Of a stretch of DNA of 43,764 bases, positions 37,734-43,764 are shown piece after piece. Position 1 is the first letter of the stretch. Every line of letters begins with the position of its first letter. Made by a program: the position numbers and the translations under genes. Under the pieces are notes generated by a model that was not told where the DNA came from, searched no databases, and was given only the letters and a program-made list of their open reading frames with translations. The DNA comes from an uncultured Eubacteriales bacterium (GTDB lineage Bacteria > Bacillota > Clostridia > Saccharofermentanales > UBA5734). The DNA is taken from contig CAIXGU010000254.1 of the NCBI GenBank assembly GCA_903919045.1, positions 1 to 43,764 of the forward strand, given 5' to 3'.

Positions 37734-39569
37734 ATGGCTGCCGGGAAGACGACGAAGATGCCCGCGACGGAAGGCCCTGCGCCGGCGAACCGGCTGATCG
37801 GGCGCATGCCGCGAATCGGGATCCGCCCCTGCATCGACGGGCGGCGCGAGGGCGTGCGCGAGTCGCTCGAGGAGCGGACGATGGGGATGGCCCGCCAGGC
37901 GGCGGCGCTGATCTCGACGACGCTGCGGCACGCGAACGGTCTGCCCGTGGAGTGCGTGGTCGCGGAGACCTGCATCGGCGGCGTGGCGGAGGCGGCGCGC
38001 TGCGCGGACCTGTTCGCGCGGGAGAACGTGACGGCGACGCTGTCGGTGACGCCGTGCTGGTGCTACGGCACCGAGACGATGGACATGGACCCGCTGACCG
38101 TGAAGGCGGTGTGGGGCTTCAACGGGACGGAGCGACCCGGCGCGGTGTACCTCGCGGCGGTCATGGCCGCGCACGCGCAGCGGAAGCTGCCGGCGTTCGC
38201 GATCTACGGGCGCGACGTGCAGGATGCGGACGACACGCGGCTGCCGGACGACGTACGGGAGAAGATCCTGCTGTGGGCGAAGGCGGCGCTGGCGGTCGGC
38301 ACGATGCGCGGCAAGTCGTACGTGAACATCGGCGGCCCCTGCATGGGCATCGCGGGGTCGGTGGTCGACCCGCAGCGGTTCCAGGAGACGTTCGGGCTCC
38401 GCACGGAGTGGCTGGACCAGGTCGAGATCGAGCGGCGCATCGCGCGGGGGATCTACGATCCGGCCGAGTTCCTCACGGCGAAGGCGTGGCGGGCGGCGAA
38501 GTGCCCGGAGGGCGTCGACATCAACGTCGGGCAGAAGTACGCGCACACGCGGGCGCAGCTGGACGCGGAGTGGGACCGGGTGGTCCTGCAGACGATGGTC
38601 ATCCGGGATATCCTGGTGGGCAACCCGCGGCTCGCGCAGCTGGGCTTCGGCGAGGAGGCGCTCGGCCGCAACGCGATCGCGGGCGGCGTGCAGGGGCAGC
38701 GGCAGTGGACGGACCACTTCCCGAATCACGACTTCTCGGAGGCGATCCTGAACTCGTCGTTCGACTGGACGGGGATCCGGGAGCCGTACATCCTCGCGAC
38801 GGAGAACGACGGGCTGAACGGGATGGCGATGCTGTTCGGGCACCTGCTGACGGACCGCGCGGCGGTTTTCGCGGATGTGCGCACGTACTGGAGCCCGGAC
38901 GCGATCGCGCGGGTGACGGGATGGACGCCGACGGGCGCGGCCTCGGGCGGGCTGATCCACCTGATCAATTCGGGGGCGGCGGCGCTCGACGGGAGCGGCG
39001 CGATGCACGACGAGGGCGGAAAGCCCACGATGAAGCCGTTCTACGCGATGACCGGGAAGGACGCCGACGCCTGCCTCAAGGCGACGAAGTGGTGTCCGGC
39101 GGACGTCGGCTACTTCCGCGGCGGCGGGTTCTCGTCGCAATTCGAGACCAAGGCCGAGATGCCGGTGACCATGGTCCGCCTGAACCAGGTGGAGGGCGTG
39201 GGGCTGGTGCTCCAGCTCGCGGAAGGGAAGACGGTCGCGCTGCCGGGGCTGATCAGCCGCAAGCTGCAGGACCGCACGAGCCCGACCTGGCCGACGACGT
39301 GGTTCGCGCCGCGGACGACGGGGCAGGGCGCATTCACGGACGTCTATTCCGTCATGGCGAACTGGGGCGCGAACCACGGGGCGTTCTGCTACGGGCACAT
39401 CGGGTCGGAGCTGATCGCGCTCGCGAGCATGCTGCGCATCCCGGTGGCGATGCACAACGTGCCGGTCGAGCGCATCGTGCGCCCGCACGCCTGGGCCGCG
39501 TTCGGCACGACGGAGACGGAGTCCGCGGACTACCGCGCCTGCGCCGCCTACGGGCCGCTGTACGGCTGA
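37734..39569 (+). CDS. fucI: L-fucose isomerase (L-fucose/D-arabinose isomerase)
   Basis: [93 protein letters not shown] precedes ATG 37734. Confidence 0.96.
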   Translation: MAAGKTTKMPATEGPAPANRLIGRMPRIGIRPCIDGRREGVRESLEERTMGMARQAAALISTTLRHANGLPVECVVAETCIGGVAEAARCADLFARENVTATLSVTPCWCYGTETMDMDPLTVKAVWGFNGTERPGAVYLAAVMAAHAQRKLPAFAIYGRDVQDADDTRLPDDVREKILLWAKAALAVGTMRGKSYVNIGGPCMGIAGSVVDPQRFQETFGLRTEWLDQVEIERRIARGIYDPAEFLTAKAWRAAKCPEGVDINVGQKYAHTRAQLDAEWDRVVLQTMVIRDILVGNPRLAQLGFGEEALGRNAIAGGVQGQRQWTDHFPNHDFSEAILNSSFDWTGIREPYILATENDGLNGMAMLFGHLLTDRAAVFADVRTYWSPDAIARVTGWTPTGAASGGLIHLINSGAAALDGSGAMHDEGGKPTMKPFYAMTGKDADACLKATKWCPADVGYFRGGGFSSQFETKAEMPVTMVRLNQVEGVGLVLQLAEGKTVALPGLISRKLQDRTSPTWPTTWFAPRTTGQGAFTDVYSVMANWGANHGAFCYGHIGSELIALASMLRIPVAMHNVPVERIVRPHAWAAFGTTETESADYRACAAYGPLYG

Positions 39570-39607
39570 GCGAAGACCGGCGCGGCGCGCTCGGAAAGGA
39601 ACGACCG

Positions 39608-40747
39608 ATGGAACGGAGATCCTTCCGGAAGACGATCCGAAGCCCCTGGCCCGGCAGGATGACCGGGCGCGAGCGCTTCCGCCGGCAGATGCACTTCCAG
39701 CCCGTCGACCGCTCCTTCCACATGGAGTTCGGGTACTGGGAGGAGAACTATGCGGAGTGGGGGATGCTCCGCGACAACGGCATCCGCGCCGAATGGCAGG
39801 CGAACCGGTTCTTCGGGTTCGACCCCATCGAGGTCGTCTCGGGCGCAACGTTCCTGAAGCCGGCCTTCCGCGAACGCGAGGCGGGGCGAACGGAAAACGG
39901 GCGCATCCTGCTCATGAACGGCGACGGCCTGCTCGCCGAGATCCCGGCCGACGGCCACAGCTCGATCCCGCACTACCTGAAGCCGACGGTCGCGACGCCG
40001 GAGGACTGGCGGCGCGTGAAGAAGGAGCGGTTCGATCCGGACCACCCCGGCCGCAAGGTCGACGTCGCCGCGCTGCAGGCGCTGCATGGCCCGGACGAGG
40101 CGCGGGACTACCCGCTCGGCGTCGACTGCGGGTCCATGATCGGGCGCATCCGGGACATGCTGACGTTCGAGGGCGTCTGCTTCGCGTACGCCGACGAACC
40201 GGCGATGCTCGAGGACATGGTGGAGACCTGTTGCGTGCTGGTCGAGCGGTTCCTGGACCAGGTGCTGCCGCACTTCCGGTTCGACTACGCGAGCGGCTGG
40301 GAGGACATCTGCTTCAACAAGGGCCCGATCCTGCCGCCGTCGTTCTTCCGGGATGTCGTGAAGCCGCGGTACCGGCGCATCCGGGACAAGCTGGAGAAGC
40401 ACGGCGTCGACGTCTGGTACACCGACTGCGACGGCGACGTCCGCCCGATCCTGCCGCACCTGATGGATGGGGGCATCAACTGCCTGTTCCCGTTCGAGGT
40501 GAACTCGTGCGCGCATCCGGGCGAGCTGCTGGCGGAATACCCGGAGCTGCGGATCATGGGCGGCGTGGACAAGATCGAGCTGGGCAAGGGCCCGGCGGCG
40601 ATCGACGCGTACCTCGAGACGCTGGTGCCGTGGGTGGAGCGAGGCGGGTACATCCCGTTCTGCGATCACCGCTGCCCGCCGAACGTCAGGGAAGAGGACT
40701 ACCTGTACTACCTGGACCGCAAGAAGGCGCTGTTCGGGATGGGATGA
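39608..40747 (+). CDS. Uroporphyrinogen decarboxylase/cobalamin-independent methyltransferase (URO-D/CIMS) superfamily protein
   Basis: MTGRERF, WEDICFNKGPILPP, YTDCDGD, FPFEV, MGGVDK, GGYIPFCDHRCPPNV. SD GAAAGGA. Confidence 0.85.
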   Translation: MERRSFRKTIRSPWPGRMTGRERFRRQMHFQPVDRSFHMEFGYWEENYAEWGMLRDNGIRAEWQANRFFGFDPIEVVSGATFLKPAFREREAGRTENGRILLMNGDGLLAEIPADGHSSIPHYLKPTVATPEDWRRVKKERFDPDHPGRKVDVAALQALHGPDEARDYPLGVDCGSMIGRIRDMLTFEGVCFAYADEPAMLEDMVETCCVLVERFLDQVLPHFRFDYASGWEDICFNKGPILPPSFFRDVVKPRYRRIRDKLEKHGVDVWYTDCDGDVRPILPHLMDGGINCLFPFEVNSCAHPGELLAEYPELRIMGGVDKIELGKGPAAIDAYLETLVPWVERGGYIPFCDHRCPPNVREEDYLYYLDRKKALFGMG

Positions 40748-41580
40748 GATCCACGGGCAGGCAGGCAGTGAAACGGGAGGAGACGGACATTCTGAGGGAC
40801 TTCGGGCAGGAGAAATTCGACGTCGTCATCCAGGCGGGTCAGTCGAACAGCGAAGGTTCTGGATTCGGCGATGCGTCGACCCCATTCACGCCGGAGGAGA
40901 GGATCTGGTTCCTCCAGGGGGACATGACCCTATCCCAGGCGGCCGAGAAGGTCGAAGGAAACCGAGTGGTGGGCAACTTCTCGCTCGCCTTCGCGGAGCG
41001 CTATATACAGGAAGGCATGCTTGCGGAAGGCAGGAAGCTGATGATCCTTCGGGCCGCCGTCGGAGGGACCGGCTTCTCGGACCATCGATGGGGACCCGGA
41101 GACGATCTGCAGAAGCGGATGATCGACATGATCGCCGCTTCCTTGGGCTTGAACGGCGAGAACCAGGTCGTCGCGATGCTCTGGCATCAAGGCGAGACGG
41201 ATGCCTACAATCAAGTGGACATCCGGACGCACTACGGGAATCTGGCCACGCTCGTCCAACGGACCCGGGAGGCATCCGGAATCGAAGACCTCCCCTTCCT
41301 CGCGGGAGATTTCGTCGAGGACTGGAAGAAGGACAATGCTGCGATCAGCCTTCCGATCGTGAGTGCCATGCGGACCTTCTGCGTCGATGCAACAGCCGCA
41401 GGATTCGTGGAATCGACAGGCCTGCTGTCGAACGATGAAGCGATCCACGACGGGGATACGATCCATTTCTGCAGGGAGTCGCTCTACAAGCTGGGCAGAC
41501 GATACTTCGCCCGGTACCAGCGGATCGTCGCATGCCGGCAGGAGAGCCGCGACCTCTCGGCGACGAGTTCGGAAGACTGA
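40744..41580 (+). CDS. SASA/DUF303 (sialate O-acetylesterase-like, SGNH) carbohydrate esterase; start uncertain (40744, 40768 or ATT 40789)
   Basis: AGQSNSEG, AVGGTGF, LWHQGETD, DTIHF (DxxH). Confidence 0.88.
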   Translation: MRSTGRQAVKREETDILRDFGQEKFDVVIQAGQSNSEGSGFGDASTPFTPEERIWFLQGDMTLSQAAEKVEGNRVVGNFSLAFAERYIQEGMLAEGRKLMILRAAVGGTGFSDHRWGPGDDLQKRMIDMIAASLGLNGENQVVAMLWHQGETDAYNQVDIRTHYGNLATLVQRTREASGIEDLPFLAGDFVEDWKKDNAAISLPIVSAMRTFCVDATAAGFVESTGLLSNDEAIHDGDTIHFCRESLYKLGRRYFARYQRIVACRQESRDLSATSSED

Positions 41581-41663
41581 TTTCGGGCGCCCCGGCTTCC
41601 TTCGCGGGCGATTTCGCCTTCACGAAGCGGATTCTGCCGCTGGAAGGGGTCCGCGCCTCCTCC

Positions 41664-41692
41664 TCGACTCTTCGCCTCCGGCACGGTATCAT
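41664..41692 (+). promoter_or_regulatory. Putative sigma70/sigmaA promoter for the DUF362 gene
   Basis: TCGACT (41664-41669), 17-bp spacer, TATCAT (41687-41692). SD AAGGAGG downstream. Confidence 0.4.
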
Positions 41693-41727
41693 CGGACCGG
41701 ACAAGCTCCGAAGGAGGATCCGGGACG

Positions 41728-42861
41728 ATGGAGGCACCGAAGGTCTATTTCACCGATTTCCGCACCGAGATGTACGGCGCCGGGCTGCCGGCGAAGCTGA
41801 AGAAGCTCCTGAAGAAGGCCGGCTTCGGGACGCTGGATATCGAGCACCGGTTCGTGGCCGTGAAGATGCATTTCGGCGAGCTCGGGAACGTCGCGTTCCT
41901 GCGCCCGAACTACGCGAAGGCCGTCGCGGACCTCGTGAAGGAGATGGGCGGACGCCCGTTCCTGACCGACGCGAACACCCTGTACCCGGGGAGCCGCAAG
42001 CACGCGCTCGAGCACCTCGAGACCGCCTGGGAGAACGGCTTCTCGCCGCTGTCCGCCGGTTGCCCCGTGCTCATCGCGGACGGCCTCAAGGGCACGGACG
42101 ACGTGGCCGTTCCAGTCCGCAACGGCGTGCTCCTCAAGGAGGCGAAGATCGGCCGCGCGGTGATGGACGCGGACGTCGTCGTCAGCCTCACGCATTTCAA
42201 GGGGCACGAGGCGACCGGCTTCGGCGGCGCGCTCAAGAATATCGGGATGGGCTGCGCGAGCCGCGCCGGGAAGTCCGAGCAGCACAGCTCGGGGAAGACC
42301 GCGGTCGATGCGGACGCCTGCACCGGCTGCCGCGTGTGCTGCAAGCAGTGCGCGAACGGCGCGATGCTCTTCGACCCGGTCGCGAAGAAGATGCGCATCG
42401 ACCCCGCCGCGTGCGTGGGCTGCGGCCGCTGCATCGGCGCGTGCGCCTTCGACGCGATCGCCCCGATGGAATCGAGCTCGAACGCCGACCTGAACCGCAA
42501 GATCGCCGAGTACGCCCAGGCGGTCCTCGACGGCCGGCCGCACTTCCACGCGAGCCTCGTGATGGACATCTCCCCGAACTGCGACTGCCACGGCGAGAAC
42601 GACGCGCCGATCCTCCCGGATGTCGGGATGTTCGCGTCCTTCGATCCCGTCGCGCTCGACCAGGCCTGCGTCGACGCCTGCCGCAAGCTCCCGCCGATGC
42701 CGAACTCGCAGCTCGCCGACAACCTCGCGCGCACCGGGTTCGTCGATCTCCATGATCCCTTCCGGAACAGCACGCCGGAGTCGGAGTGGAAGACCTGCCT
42801 CGCGCACGCCGAGAGGATCGGCCTCGGGCGCCGCGACTACACGCTCGTCCGCGTCAAGTAG
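41728..42861 (+). CDS. DUF362 domain protein with 2x[4Fe-4S] ferredoxin domain
   Basis: AVKMHFGE, TDANTLY, HFKGH, GGALKNIGMG, CTGCRVCCKQC, CVGCGRCIGAC, PNCDC, DPVALDQA. Confidence 0.9.
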   Translation: MEAPKVYFTDFRTEMYGAGLPAKLKKLLKKAGFGTLDIEHRFVAVKMHFGELGNVAFLRPNYAKAVADLVKEMGGRPFLTDANTLYPGSRKHALEHLETAWENGFSPLSAGCPVLIADGLKGTDDVAVPVRNGVLLKEAKIGRAVMDADVVVSLTHFKGHEATGFGGALKNIGMGCASRAGKSEQHSSGKTAVDADACTGCRVCCKQCANGAMLFDPVAKKMRIDPAACVGCGRCIGACAFDAIAPMESSSNADLNRKIAEYAQAVLDGRPHFHASLVMDISPNCDCHGENDAPILPDVGMFASFDPVALDQACVDACRKLPPMPNSQLADNLARTGFVDLHDPFRNSTPESEWKTCLAHAERIGLGRRDYTLVRVK

Positions 42862-43764
42862 GCGTCGTCTTCCTCCAGGTCCTGCCCTCGCCCCACATCC
42901 CCTCGAGCCAGTGCAGGACCAGCTGCGGCCAGACCGCGACGGCGGGTACGGGCCGCGCGGGGTCGGCCTCGTAGAGGCCCGCGAGGAACCGCATCCAGGC
43001 CTCCGCGAAGGCCTGCGGGTCGTCCGCCGCCACCGCGGAGCGCAGGGCCTCGGGCAGCGCCTCGGGACGCGTCCTCGCGAGCGCCGCGAGGTACTGCATC
43101 ACGGCCTCCATGCACGCGTCGGCGTCCTCGCCGAACTTGCCGGCCGCCCAGTCCTCGTCCGCCAGGCTGAGCCCGTGGCGCCCCTCGCGGAAGACATGGA
43201 GCTCGCACGGGACGCCCTGCGCGCGGCACGCCGCGGCGAAGCGCAGGCTGTTCTCGACGGGGACCAGCTCATCGGTCATCGTATGCCAGACGAACATCGG
43301 CGGCGCATGCGGCCCGACGCGCGTCTCGAGGCTGGCGGCGGCGAGCGCCTCCGTGGACGCGTCCCTCCCGAGGAGCGCGTGGAACGACCCTTCGTGCCAG
43401 ACGGCCGGATCGGTCGTGATCACGGGGTAGGACAGGACGACCGCGTCGGGCCGGTTGGGGACGCCCGGGAAGGCGGCGTCGGCGGGGTCGACCTCCGGGT
43501 GGCGCGTCGCGAGCGAGCCGGCGAGGTGGCCCCCGGCGGAGAAGCCGCACACGGCCACGCGGTCGGGCCGGACGCACCAGGCGTCGGCATGGTGCCGCAC
43601 GGCCTGCACGGCCCGCGACAGGTCCCGCAGCGGCTGCATCCCGAGCGGCGTCGTCTCCTCGTCGAACAGGCGGCCCGTGGCCGTCGAGTAGATCACGGTG
43701 AAGGCCTGGAAGCCGGCCTCGAAGAAGCGCATCGCGACGTTCTGCGCCTCGGTCGGGCTCGTGA
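42854..43764 (-). CDS. Alpha/beta-hydrolase (BD-FAE/acetyl-xylan-esterase-like), 5' end outside window
   Basis: GFSAGGHL (nucleophile Ser), DELVP (Asp), HGLSLA (His). The frame stays open to the window edge (..SPTEAQNVAMRFF..). 8-bp convergent overlap with the DUF362 gene. Confidence 0.88.
   Translation of the reverse strand, partial: TSPTEAQNVAMRFFEAGFQAFTVIYSTATGRLFDEETTPLGMQPLRDLSRAVQAVRHHADAWCVRPDRVAVCGFSAGGHLAGSLATRHPEVDPADAAFPGVPNRPDAVVLSYPVITTDPAVWHEGSFHALLGRDASTEALAAASLETRVGPHAPPMFVWHTMTDELVPVENSLRFAAACRAQGVPCELHVFREGRHGLSLADEDWAAGKFGEDADACMEAVMQYLAALARTRPEALPEALRSAVAADDPQAFAEAWMRFLAGLYEADPARPVPAVAVWPQLVLHWLEGMWGEGRTWRKTTPT

Noticed and set aside
41581-41660. Possible structured RNA or terminator between the esterase and DUF362 genes
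   Set aside because: Only short GC stems (GGCG-ATTT-CGCC, GCGG-N6-CCGC), with no U-tract and no recognisable riboswitch or tRNA motif. Such stems are expected by chance at this GC content.
239-43732. Many other long overlapping or antisense ORFs in the track (e.g. 239..3235, 15007..18708, 27423..30488, 22067..24637)
   Set aside because: They have no recognisable motifs, show biased R/P/G/A composition, and lie wholly over well-supported genes.
1-43764. Mobile elements, tRNA/rRNA, CRISPR arrays
   Set aside because: No transposase, integrase or phage motifs, no terminal repeats and no RNA-gene signatures were seen. The intergenic spaces are short and accounted for.

Overview
High-GC (roughly 65-70% by eye) bacterial DNA with Bacillota/Clostridia-type gene content: lipoprotein solute-binding proteins (SBPs), a YesM/YesN-type two-component system and strong GGAGG Shine-Dalgarno (SD) sites. 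The taxonomy is inferred, not shown. Nearly the whole window is one large glycan-utilisation region. The left arm has a partial ribokinase, a GH18, and a minus-strand operon (uncharacterised putative GH, GH20, Gfo/Idh/MocA, GH3). The centre is a tightly coupled ~25 kb plus-strand operon (7507-32353). It opens with an SBP, sensor kinase, AraC-type response regulator, a lipoprotein paralog of the uncharacterised GH and a second SBP. It continues with an unusual 8-gene ABC-like module (962-aa CBM-SBP fusion, 2 permeases, NHL/TPR membrane protein, Yip1, DUF5696-like lipoprotein, 2 more permeases, no ATPase) and ends with ADP-ribosylglycohydrolase, GH38-like and GH4 genes. The right arm has an antisense GNAT, GH38, GH172 (DUF2961), an AraC regulator divergent from fucI, a UroD-like gene, a SASA esterase, a DUF362 Fe-S protein and a partial alpha/beta hydrolase. 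The best novelty candidates are the 8-gene transporter/surface complex, the inside/outside paralog pair of an unassigned GH-like family, and a possible D-arabinan/arabinomannan pathway (GH172+GH38+FucI). No rRNA, tRNA, CRISPR array or mobile element was seen. All family calls come from motif recognition by eye, not from database searches.
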